Shown here: one piece after another, positions 20,525-30,352 of the stretch
Numbering within the stretch: the first letter of the stretch is position 1
Layout of the letters: every line of letters starts with the position of its first letter
Origin: Paramoeba atlantica
Taxonomy: Eukaryota > Protista > Discosea
DNA: 64,000 nt
Reading direction: 5' to 3'
Assembly: GCA_977017575.1 (NCBI GenBank)
Contig: CDRNVI010000007.1
Coordinates: 248,001-312,000, forward strand
The notes under the pieces: generated by a model
Seen by the model: only the letters and a program-made list of their open reading frames with translations
The model's database searches: none
Told to the model about the DNA's origin: nothing
Position numbers and translations under genes: made by a program

Positions 20525-21361
20525 ATGCGCGCCTACCGCACCGCGCGCTCCCGGCACGAGCCCCACAAAGGGAAGTACGCGATGAACTTCACAGCGCCCC
20601 GGTTCCCCTCCTCCAACGCTTCTTCCAGTCAAAGGCATACGGCAAAGGTAAACGAGAGTGTCGGTCAAGTAGCGTACCCCCCCGTGACGCTCCCCGGGAG
20701 GGGGGGTGGCAAGAAGAGTGCCGGGGGGAGTCGGTGGTCCAGAGGCAGCGCCCCGGCCCGACCACAGCCCGGGAGCGCGACCCAGGGGGTACCGTTTTAT
20801 GCTACAAAGGATAAAACGATGGGGGAGAGATCCTTTTCGGCTTCGGGTTCTTGTTGGGCGCATCACCGGGTACTGCCCAGTGCCTCGATGCGGTCGGGCT
20901 CGGAGCGGTGTGTGCTGGGGAGTGGGGCGGGGAGCAGTTTGGGGAAGTACGGTCCTGGGGTGCATTATGCGGTTCCCGGGATGGGGGATGTGAGGAGGAG
21001 GGAGGCTTCTGGGAGTATGCGCTCCCGGGCGCCTCGGATTCCGTTGGGGAAGACGGAGGGGGCGGGACGGTATTACGGTGTGAAAGGCGGAGTTGGGGAG
21101 GTGCAGCAAAAGGGGAGGGGAAGTTTCTGGACCCGGCCACCGACGCAACCGAGGGAGGCAGTGCTTCCGCGAAAAAATGCTAATGCGAAGGGGGCGGTAG
21201 TGCCGACATCCGCGCGGGATCCTTTGCATCGGATTCCGAACAGTTCTCGGGCGTCGTTTTCCGCGACCTCGTCTAGATTACCACATTTCGAGCGTCTGTC
21301 TTGTACTCCCGGTCCCGGGCACTATGCCTCGCCGTTGATTAGTATGGGTATGATGGTATGA
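20525..21361 (+). CDS. Hypothetical low-complexity protein with SHIPPO/STPG-like PGPGxY repeat(s)
   Basis: TPGPGHY at the C-terminus and GPGVHY internally. Start uncertain: ATG at 20437 is in another frame and is separated by long C runs, so a homopolymer frameshift is possible. Confidence 0.5.
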   Translation: MRAYRTARSRHEPHKGKYAMNFTAPRFPSSNASSSQRHTAKVNESVGQVAYPPVTLPGRGGGKKSAGGSRWSRGSAPARPQPGSATQGVPFYATKDKTMGERSFSASGSCWAHHRVLPSASMRSGSERCVLGSGAGSSLGKYGPGVHYAVPGMGDVRRREASGSMRSRAPRIPLGKTEGAGRYYGVKGGVGEVQQKGRGSFWTRPPTQPREAVLPRKNANAKGAVVPTSARDPLHRIPNSSRASFSATSSRLPHFERLSCTPGPGHYASPLISMGMMV

Positions 21362-21914
21362 GATGGAAGACAGAAGGAATGGGATCGACTAGTAGCGTGT
21401 TCTTAGTTGTGTATATTTCGTTTGGTTGAGATTCTCGAATCGCAAAGAGGACTAATTATATTTTCTGCAGAGATCTGCATGTACATGGAAACGCACGTAA
21501 GAAATCAAATCTAATTAAACCTACCGCAATTCGCTATCTTTGCTAGTCTATTAGAGATTTTACAATGTCAAATACATTTGATAGTTGTTGGTTTTTAAGC
21601 TGAAACCTTATAGTCATGTCGTAGAGCTTGAAATAAAGAAGTCTTCGTGCAAAATACATGCACGTAGGTTTTCATGAGCTTTCATTATGTGATAAAAATG
21701 ATGATAAAAGTAATGCGCTATTATTTTCGTTCTTATAGTGTGCCGTATGTAATGGAGCATGAATGTTTCTTGGTTTTTTTGTTTCAATATTTTATTTACT
21801 CTACAACCTCTCTAATGGGTTTATTTATTGTTATTTCAAATGAATATTGCGTAGATAAAGAAGGTCGCATGATGTGAAAACTGTTACCTTCAACATTTGG
21901 AAGACGAAGTCCTC

Positions 21915-24890
21915 ATGAGACGTGTTTGCCTTCTTCAGCGAAAAGCCATGTTTACCAACTCTTGTCCATTTTTTGCAAAGACAGCGGCAGCGCGCAGTAA
22001 TTATAATATGACTACCGAAAAAGAGCGGTCTCGAAGTCAACCTAGAAATAAGAAGCCTGTTTCTGAGGAATTATCCATCAGCAAGAAGCGGTTGGACGAC
22101 TTGCCTCTAAAAACTAAATTTAAAGATTCCATTGAGTCTGGTGAAATTTCTACTCCTAGTTGTTATGGTACAGATGACCTCGTACGTTTAGGACTTGAAC
22201 TTATGTATCGCTCCATATTGAATTTACCGAGCCAATTTGCTGCGAATGCCACACGTTACGTACGCTCTAAAAGATCTAAAGAGGAACTCAGTGCCGTTGA
22301 CGACGCCAGGCTTCGAAAAGTTACTGGGGTGAAATATATTAATGATGCAAGTTTAGTTGATGAATCTAGTGGTGCAGATGTATTAATGAATAAACCTTTA
22401 AACTCATCATTGACGCAAAATGGAAATTGTTTCACTGAGAGACATGATCGGGTCGCAGAAAAGGCTCGGAGACTACTCCAAGAGATTCCTTACTTCCAAA
22501 TCGAACGGCTTCTCATCATGGATTACGCCAACGAAGGTGGATTCTATGATCTAGATATATTTTCAAATGTCTCTGACAGTTTTCCGAACGAAAAGACGCA
22601 TATGATCCTCATTGATGAACAAGGAATCGCTGGAGTCCTCAGCCCTTCGCTTCCGATTGTCAAGCAGAATCAAGTCACACTGATTCGAGTACCCCGAGGC
22701 GCCGACAGCGGTGACTTGTGGATATTATACGCCATGTTTTGTGCCATTCTCCCCCATTACAACTGTGGAACAAGTACGGCATCCGCTATAAAGGAAATCT
22801 TTGTCCTTACTCGGGATGGATCTTTGCGGGATGCCGTACACTCTCTTTCGAACAACCTTTCTGATTTAATACAACATTTATCATCCCAGACGCGTAGCGG
22901 ACGTATCCTGTCCCCTTCAGCAATGAATACCAAAAGCTATCTTGCTTTCCGATGTCTAGAACTAAAAGGCGGCGTTACGACAGAACACCAAGCGAGAGAT
23001 ATTGGCTCTGTTGCGACCAATGAAGCACGGAACATTGATTTAACGTTGAGGTCTGAACCTTCACTAGGGGGAATTCCTAGTTCTTCCTCCCCTCCCAATA
23101 AATCCGATAATGAAGTCGCGCAGACCTTCATAAAAAGTACTCCCAGCGTCGGTACAAGTCATAGAGTAGATGTGAGCAATTCAGAGACTATTGTCTTTTT
23201 GCGCCTCTTGAGAGGTCTCGTACTGAAGCGCGTGTCTCTAAGACGCAATTACTTAATATGGCGTAACCTTGAGCGTTCTTTGCACAGTAAAACGGTTATA
23301 CCGTACTCTAATAAAACTCAAAAGAGTCAGCGAAAAACATATCGATGTAAGAAAGGCGTTGAGATATTGCGTCACATCCTGGCCAAACAGCGTCAAAAAT
23401 TGCAAGACTATTCGGCAAGGTGTATCGCTAAACTGAATGGGGTTCGAAAGAATTTATTGGCCTGTGCTTGCAGGTTAGAAAACATGTTTCCAGTCGATGA
23501 TCATATAAAACGAGATATGAGTTTGATAAGAAAGCACGCTCTTTTATTCATCAAAAGCCGAAATAATATAAGCTTGGGAAAGCACCATCCTTGTCTCCTA
23601 ATCGTGGACTTTTTCACGTTGGGCAAGTCGTCTGCTTCATCCTGGAGTGAAGAGCTGGGTGCCGTTACCTACCAAACGACTGAATCCTCTCACAAGTCAG
23701 CGAGTGCTGACATGCCTGAGTTTTTAAAGCACGAGGTTGCTGAACTTCGAATCCCACTACTAGCACATATTCCGGAGATTGATGATCAGGACCTCAATGT
23801 GATGGACATTGAAACCAAACTCCGTATGTCTACTCAGTCAGTAGGAAGCATCCGAGCCCAACTCACATGCTACTTATGCTACGTGCTCTCACTGCTAGAA
23901 GGTTACTTTCAGTCCTGCATTGTACTGGGAGGGGGAGCCTTTGCTGCCAAACCTAGTTTTCGAGAGGTCTACACCGACGAAGATGTTTTGGCATCGAATC
24001 CTGGTGGAAAGCATATTATAGACTCGTTGTACGCCCTCTATTTTTCGAATGCTCCCAATGGTAAGAATATGAACGGCTTGAAAAAAAATCTTGAAGTCGA
24101 AGATCAAGCTTCTGCTTCGGGGATGCACAAGGATGTTTCTGGCGCAGCGTTCGGACCTGTCATTAGTCGTAGAATTTCGTACGCACCACATCAGCTGAAG
24201 TCAATTGAACTAGTGTCCCGTTTATCGTGGGATGCACTTTTTGTGCAGCACCCGAATGCGAAACATCCAAAGGCGTATTTTCGCTGGTGGAAAGAACGTG
24301 CTACTACACTACCGCAAAGCGTGTTAACACCTACGATAGAGGATGTCACGAGCGTTCTTCGTAGTGTGATGGAACCCGTGGTCATTCAAGCCCACGTAGG
24401 ATACCTCCTCCTGTGTCCTGGGCGTTGCTTATCCATCCTTCCTCAGCATGATTCCTCGCACCGGGGTGAAAATTCCAAAGGTTATCCCGTACAGAACTTG
24501 CTACGAAATCAAATAGTAAAGGTTGTTGTTCCTTTAGGTTATGAGGGGCTGTATTTGTTTCGACTTTTACTGGAGCGATCAAGGGAAATTTCTACTCTCT
24601 CGCTTGAAGCGAGAACGGCCTTCAAGAAAACGTCCGAAGACTTAAATCGGCATGTACAAATTAAAGGACAGCTTGTTCCTCTCCATTCCTTCTGTGCCCT
24701 GGTTAGTGCATACGTGGATGATTCTATGCTCGATTTCGGTACGAAATCGAAAGAATTCCTTCGTCGGATCTGGAGCTGGTGTAAAATCTACACGCGATTT
24801 CACTTTGAACACGGTAAACGGTCGGGGTGTAGTTTTTCGTCCTTAAAATATGCTCGACCTCCCGATAATCGTGCTTCGACCAATAAATAG
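21915..24890 (+). CDS. Hypothetical large protein with a probable NYN/PIN-like nuclease fold in the N-terminal half
   Basis: LLIMDYAN ... VPRGADSGDLWI ... IFVLTRD spacing resembles the acidic residues of LabA/DUF88/NYN PIN domains. The domain call is tentative. Confidence 0.65.
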   Translation: MRRVCLLQRKAMFTNSCPFFAKTAAARSNYNMTTEKERSRSQPRNKKPVSEELSISKKRLDDLPLKTKFKDSIESGEISTPSCYGTDDLVRLGLELMYRSILNLPSQFAANATRYVRSKRSKEELSAVDDARLRKVTGVKYINDASLVDESSGADVLMNKPLNSSLTQNGNCFTERHDRVAEKARRLLQEIPYFQIERLLIMDYANEGGFYDLDIFSNVSDSFPNEKTHMILIDEQGIAGVLSPSLPIVKQNQVTLIRVPRGADSGDLWILYAMFCAILPHYNCGTSTASAIKEIFVLTRDGSLRDAVHSLSNNLSDLIQHLSSQTRSGRILSPSAMNTKSYLAFRCLELKGGVTTEHQARDIGSVATNEARNIDLTLRSEPSLGGIPSSSSPPNKSDNEVAQTFIKSTPSVGTSHRVDVSNSETIVFLRLLRGLVLKRVSLRRNYLIWRNLERSLHSKTVIPYSNKTQKSQRKTYRCKKGVEILRHILAKQRQKLQDYSARCIAKLNGVRKNLLACACRLENMFPVDDHIKRDMSLIRKHALLFIKSRNNISLGKHHPCLLIVDFFTLGKSSASSWSEELGAVTYQTTESSHKSASADMPEFLKHEVAELRIPLLAHIPEIDDQDLNVMDIETKLRMSTQSVGSIRAQLTCYLCYVLSLLEGYFQSCIVLGGGAFAAKPSFREVYTDEDVLASNPGGKHIIDSLYALYFSNAPNGKNMNGLKKNLEVEDQASASGMHKDVSGAAFGPVISRRISYAPHQLKSIELVSRLSWDALFVQHPNAKHPKAYFRWWKERATTLPQSVLTPTIEDVTSVLRSVMEPVVIQAHVGYLLLCPGRCLSILPQHDSSHRGENSKGYPVQNLLRNQIVKVVVPLGYEGLYLFRLLLERSREISTLSLEARTAFKKTSEDLNRHVQIKGQLVPLHSFCALVSAYVDDSMLDFGTKSKEFLRRIWSWCKIYTRFHFEHGKRSGCSFSSLKYARPPDNRASTNK

Positions 24891-25159
24891 GGAGGTCATA
24901 ACCAAAACATTCTAACCACGTACACCTAGAAATGTGTTTTTCAGAAAAAGGCGATTCCACATGCTCGAAGCACTTCATATAGACCATTACAATAACTTGC
25001 ATTGCAAATTTACTTTGAAATCGCTTGCATGTTAGACTCTTCAGACATAATGTCCGTTGTGTTATGATTACAGATCATTGCAAATTTAAGGACTCAGTTA
25101 ACTATGTTTTTTCTTTTTGTAATTTCAACTTGTTAATACTTAATTCAAATTTCAAGACT

Positions 25160-25876
25160 ATGATTGTCTTTTTGGTCCTTCTGCCTGTGGTCAGTGCATG
25201 TGGCGTACTCTTCTCCCACACGTTGTGCGTCTCTGTATCTGCACTCTATGAGAAGTCCGAAATGACATCTACGGAAACAAACGTCACAGAAGGAAGGCGT
25301 CGAGGGACCCGAGTTTCATGGAGTAATGAAATACAAAGGACAATTTCAAGTTGGGATGTCCTATGGTCATTAGGATCCTTGTTAAGCCGTGTCGTTCTTT
25401 TAGTTTTAATGTTTCCGATGTATTCCGTGACATACGCGATATGTCAATGCGTTGCTTATTTTTCGACGCCGCAAGTGTCAAGTTATGTGCGGAGCAAGGA
25501 AGGTCGTGGCAAGCTCCTACGAGCAGTTATTACTTGCGTCATGATGATGGCATCTTGTTTTATCACTCCGAATCACATGGGAAATAACGATGGCCAATGG
25601 TATGTACTTTTGGTTTACATAGGTTTCACCTACTTGCTCTTGAATTTGCTTCGATTATGGACTTTTCCATTGACTATACTTCATCGCGGCTGTGCACCAA
25701 ATCGTTACGGACACGCAGATTGGTCTTCGCGGATACAAGCTTTCGCACTGCAAGACTCTAGCGAACAGTTCCGTGAGGAGTGTGAGGAGATTTATTCTGT
25801 TGCAACATGGTTAGCAGCTCCACTTTTTGTTGTTTTCGTGTGCTGTGGTGTTAATATTCTGCATCAAAGGTCGTAA
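25160..25876 (+). CDS. Hypothetical multi-pass membrane protein
   Basis: Several hydrophobic segments (MIVFLVLLPVV, SLLSRVVLLVLMFPM, WYVLLVYIGFTYLLLNLL, WLAAPLFVVFVCCGV). Confidence 0.7.
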   Translation: MIVFLVLLPVVSACGVLFSHTLCVSVSALYEKSEMTSTETNVTEGRRRGTRVSWSNEIQRTISSWDVLWSLGSLLSRVVLLVLMFPMYSVTYAICQCVAYFSTPQVSSYVRSKEGRGKLLRAVITCVMMMASCFITPNHMGNNDGQWYVLLVYIGFTYLLLNLLRLWTFPLTILHRGCAPNRYGHADWSSRIQAFALQDSSEQFREECEEIYSVATWLAAPLFVVFVCCGVNILHQRS

Positions 25877-26254
25877 TTAAAGAAGCCGATTGCCCAGCTA
25901 CGTATGGAGGCTTTCTGAACAGCCTACCTATCACCATTTTGGTCGTTCCTACGCAAATAGAGCACTCGATTTATTGATTGGAAGTGCAGTTTTTCAGATC
26001 AAGTTGTGAACGTATGGAAAATGCAGTGATTAGCAAAGTCACGCTTACGTACAATTAGACGCGTTTCTCTTAAGAATCACTTCCTGACTTGCTTCGAATC
26101 TTTATAACGGGACTTCGTGCACTATTTTCACATCAAGATCAAGCGTATCAGATTATGAATACCTTTTCGGGAAGAACAATTATTACCGTTGTAGGTACGT
26201 TCTACAGAATCGTGAAATACTTCTAGTTGTATACTTTCAAGCAAACCTTTCCAT

Positions 26255-27139
26255 ATGTACGTACATTTTTTATTCCAGAGCAAAAAGATCACAACTACCA
26301 TAAATTTAGAACGTTTACATTGCAGTAAACTCATGCCCTTGAACAGCTTACATTGGTTAGTTCTCATTGCGTTTAGTACTTCTTTGGAGTACGCAGACGA
26401 CTCCACCTTGCGACGCGGTAAAGTGGATCGACTTTTAATACCGGCCGGTGAATTATTCAGTGCGTTCATAGATGAAATAGAAAACCCACATTCCTCATGG
26501 ATAACGCATAAAAAAAGTTTTTTCCGAACCAAAGAAGTGTCCCCTTGTACATGGAAAGGAGTTATCTGTAACGCTCATTACCAGATAGAGCGCATTCAGT
26601 GGAATTATTACGACCTAAAGTACCGACTTTCCGGTCGTCTTAATTGGTATGCCATTCCTTGTACCTTAGTTTTTATTGATTGTGGATTAAACATGATCAC
26701 GGGAGGCGTACCTGCTGAACGATTTCCAGAGACTTTGGAATTTTTCTCGCTTCACGGGAATCATCTGATGGGATCACTCGACTTAACCTCACTTCCAAGT
26801 GGGATGAAAGATCTCTATGGATATGACAACGCGTTTTCCGGGACTCTCGATTTTTCTCATCTTCCACTTACAATGGAAGTCATTTGCTTACAACACAACC
26901 GATTTGAAGGCGAGGTGAGGCTTACTGATTTGCCTAGTCGACTAAATCGTCTACAGTTGCAACATAATATTTTATCAGGGATCGTGGATTTAACGCATCT
27001 AAGGGCTTATAAGGGTGTCGGAAAACGAGACATTAATCTGGCACGAAATTGCTTTACAGGCTACCGAGGCTCTCTCCCACACAATAAATTGCCCTCTTCT
27101 GTATCGTATGACCCACAGAAGGAGAATCTAATTGTTTGA
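26255..27139 (+). CDS. Leucine-rich repeat protein, same family as 3428/5788
   Basis: FIDEIENPHSSW...SPCTWKGVICNAHYQ cap and LDLTSLPSGMKDLYGYDNAFSG-type repeats. Start could be a downstream ATG. Confidence 0.85.
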   Translation: MYVHFLFQSKKITTTINLERLHCSKLMPLNSLHWLVLIAFSTSLEYADDSTLRRGKVDRLLIPAGELFSAFIDEIENPHSSWITHKKSFFRTKEVSPCTWKGVICNAHYQIERIQWNYYDLKYRLSGRLNWYAIPCTLVFIDCGLNMITGGVPAERFPETLEFFSLHGNHLMGSLDLTSLPSGMKDLYGYDNAFSGTLDFSHLPLTMEVICLQHNRFEGEVRLTDLPSRLNRLQLQHNILSGIVDLTHLRAYKGVGKRDINLARNCFTGYRGSLPHNKLPSSVSYDPQKENLIV

Positions 27140-27411
27140 TAGTTTCAAAACGACATCAACGTTGGTTTTCAACCTTGAGTATACTGTGTATATTGTAGAG
27201 ATTAATTTTGAAGATGTGCGAAATTCGTGGATACTTTCCTTTATCTCCCTCCGCATTTTAGCCTAAAGTTACTGGTACGTTTTGAAAAGATAGCTTTACA
27301 AGAAAAATGTATCGAGATGCATGCAATTTACAAACGCATATTTGAAATGTGCATACTATAAAAATTACTTAATCTTTAGCTTAAGCTACTAATTACTTAA
27401 GCTTTTCTGCA

Positions 27412-30186
27412 ATGGTGCGCTCATATCTGAAGTACAACCCTTCTCACGGAGGAGGCGTTTTACTCTCTCCAGCGTGCAATTTTATGAGCTTTGTAAACTT
27501 CGGGAATTTTTTCCCCGATACGTCCCCCAATGGGGTGGGTACAAATAAGTCCTCTTCGACGATTTTGTTGATGGCTGGTCTGCGACAAATTCAATTTTTA
27601 GACATTCGGACCGGTGAAACGCTACATGTTTTGCGCACCGCTCCGCAGGATGGAAGTATGGAAGATGAAGGCTTTATAACAACTCTTGGGACGAATGACT
27701 CGGATGACTTAATTGCCGTAGGGATGAGTACTGGACGTGTGTCTCTATACCAATTTGATCATCAGGAACAGGAGATCACTTGCTCTCTTTCTTCTACCGC
27801 TCATCGATATGGTTCAAAAATTCATCATATAGCCTTCTCCGGTCAAGAGAGAATGCAAGCAAACAGCGTTTCATCATCAAGCTTGATGGTTACAGGAGGA
27901 CAAGATACCTTCATCATAGTCTGGGACACCTTGAGTCGGGAAGCCCTTGTACGCCTACAAGGTCATAGCGGTCCTATTACAGGGTTGCATCTTATTCAAG
28001 TTCCTTATGTTAACGCTACAGAACGACTAATTAGTACATCTGTTGACGGTCTTCTGAAAATTTGGGATCTTGAAGAGCATGTTTGTATTAGCACGACTGT
28101 AATATGCGACGTAGCTCAAATCGTTACGTGTTCTCTTTACGTAAAAGACATAAAACAGCTACTTATCGGATCCCGTGATGACTTGATACGAGTATATTCT
28201 GTGGAGTTTAAAATAAATTCTGAGTCGGAACCTGGGAATAAAAGCGCTGAAGAAGACTTAAGTGGCATAATAGTATCTTCTGCTCAAAGCATCCAACGCA
28301 GATCGAAGCGTCCTATTCTTTCAATGTTTGCTCAACTATGTAGTGGGAAAATATTTTTCGTACATCTTCAAACTGCAGATCGTGCTGTTGAACTGCTTGC
28401 GCCTCGATCAGATCGGAAAATTCGAAAACGAAAAGGTGGGAAGAATCATAGCGAAGCACTGCTTGAAAAATGTGGGCTATTCTACAAGGGAAGTTACTAC
28501 GCTACAAACGGCAGGATAGTGTGTCTCGCTTGTCTCACCTTAAAATCGTCTAAAACAGCTACGAAAGCCCCTGCTGTTGTACTCGGGCTTAGCAGCAATA
28601 CCCTTGAGATCGTAGCACTTCGTGACTTACTAAGTGAAGGAAACACCACCCAATCAATCGACGGCCCTCCGAAAAGAAGTATTCATCGTCAGTTGTCCAT
28701 GCAAGGGCATCCTGGAGAGATTACCTCCTTGCATACATTACATGAAGATAGCGGTTTGATTACACTGTGTCCTCAGGAAGGAATTCGCACCTGGCACTTT
28801 GATTTCGACAGTAATCCTTGTCGGGTGGTATGCAACGGTATTATTCCGTATTCGGGTTTAACATGCTTGGCTACATTCGAAGGAATTGCTGGAGTGGCCG
28901 GATCCTCTAGTGGGCACTTGGTTTCATTGGATTTCATGTCGAAGACGTGCTCTGACATGGCTCACGCCCATGAAGGTGGGGTGACCACCCTTTGTAGTTT
29001 CACACTTAGTGATGACACGCGGAAAAAGAGACAAACTGATGAATCACCAAGTATCCCAATGCTATATACGTGCGGAAAAGATAATTTTCTACGCGTTTGG
29101 GCGCTTGATCAGACGTCGGCCGAATGGAAAGAGCAAGTAGAACGTGCCGCGGAGCTTCCAGACATGGGCGTCAATGTGTCGGTCGATTCTAGTCTTAAAT
29201 TCGTGGCAGTGGCCTTGCAAGATACGACTATTCGCGTGTACTATGCAGATTCACATAAGCCGTTTCTCAATCTTTATGGGCATAGCTATATTGTAAATTC
29301 CATTGCAATAAGTGATGACTTGGAACTTCTGGCGTCTGGTTCAGTAGACAAAAATATTAAACTTTGGGGCCTGGATTTTGGCGATTTACATCGCTCCATA
29401 ATAGCTCACGATAGCTATGTAATGCAAGTGCGTTTCGTGCCTAACACTCATTATTTGGTTAGCGTGGGGAAAGATGGTTGTTGCAAGCTTTGGGATGCTG
29501 ATACGTGGAGTTTGATTCAAGATTTTCCTGTAGGGTGCACCGGACCTTTGAATTCTTGTGTCGTCTCTACCCAAGGATCGTTTATCGCCTGCGCAGGGGA
29601 CGATAGGTGGATTCAGGTTTTTGAAAAAACGCAAGATCTTATCTTTCCACATGAAGAAACACAACGGCGAATGGAGCTAGCTTTGGATCGTGAAACGGCC
29701 GAACGTGCATCGTTTGAACTTGTAAAAGTGGGAGGGTCTTCTTCCATGGCACCGATAGTACAAAAAACTGCCGGGGCTGTACATGCTGCCGATCGCATTT
29801 CTGACTCACTGGAAAATGTTCAAATGGAAGCCACTGAGCTCCACGAAAAAGGCAGTCGTTATAGAGTATGGACAGTGATACGAGATGAGATTCCTGCAAC
29901 AGATTTAGCACATGCCCTAAAGTCACTTTCGCTCAGCGATGCCACGAAATTACTTCAACTACTTAAGCTGCTTCTGGAGTCCAATGTGGTGGACCACTGG
30001 GATACCGCGTGGCAAGTCTTGATCCGACTTGCAAGAGCACATTATTCAAATCTTCCGTCGCAGCTTTTGGTATCGCTCATATCTCTGATGCGTGCTACGG
30101 GTAGTGAGCATCACCAACGTATAGGTCAAAATATTGCTGCCTTAGAGTATATTAAATCTTCGAAGGTAATTGAAGCTGATATTTAG
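27412..30186 (+). CDS. UTP12: U3 snoRNP WD40 protein Dip2/Utp12 (WDR3)
   Basis: MVRSYLKY N-terminus; VAVALQDTTIRVYYADSHKPFLNLYGH; SGSVDKNIKLWGLDFGDLHRSIIAHDSYVMQVRFVPNTHYLVSVGKDG. Confidence 0.93.
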   Translation: MVRSYLKYNPSHGGGVLLSPACNFMSFVNFGNFFPDTSPNGVGTNKSSSTILLMAGLRQIQFLDIRTGETLHVLRTAPQDGSMEDEGFITTLGTNDSDDLIAVGMSTGRVSLYQFDHQEQEITCSLSSTAHRYGSKIHHIAFSGQERMQANSVSSSSLMVTGGQDTFIIVWDTLSREALVRLQGHSGPITGLHLIQVPYVNATERLISTSVDGLLKIWDLEEHVCISTTVICDVAQIVTCSLYVKDIKQLLIGSRDDLIRVYSVEFKINSESEPGNKSAEEDLSGIIVSSAQSIQRRSKRPILSMFAQLCSGKIFFVHLQTADRAVELLAPRSDRKIRKRKGGKNHSEALLEKCGLFYKGSYYATNGRIVCLACLTLKSSKTATKAPAVVLGLSSNTLEIVALRDLLSEGNTTQSIDGPPKRSIHRQLSMQGHPGEITSLHTLHEDSGLITLCPQEGIRTWHFDFDSNPCRVVCNGIIPYSGLTCLATFEGIAGVAGSSSGHLVSLDFMSKTCSDMAHAHEGGVTTLCSFTLSDDTRKKRQTDESPSIPMLYTCGKDNFLRVWALDQTSAEWKEQVERAAELPDMGVNVSVDSSLKFVAVALQDTTIRVYYADSHKPFLNLYGHSYIVNSIAISDDLELLASGSVDKNIKLWGLDFGDLHRSIIAHDSYVMQVRFVPNTHYLVSVGKDGCCKLWDADTWSLIQDFPVGCTGPLNSCVVSTQGSFIACAGDDRWIQVFEKTQDLIFPHEETQRRMELALDRETAERASFELVKVGGSSSMAPIVQKTAGAVHAADRISDSLENVQMEATELHEKGSRYRVWTVIRDEIPATDLAHALKSLSLSDATKLLQLLKLLLESNVVDHWDTAWQVLIRLARAHYSNLPSQLLVSLISLMRATGSEHHQRIGQNIAALEYIKSSKVIEADI

Positions 30187-30352
30187 TTCTTATATCCCAT
30201 TTTAATCAGAACATCAAATAAACAAACTCTTTTTAAAGTTATTTTTATCATTGTGCAGAAACCACTTTATGATGCAAGAGAAAAGAGACCAACGTGAAAA
30301 TGATGACTTTCTTTCCAAGTTCTGATTTATTTGATCTTAGATTATCTGAGCC

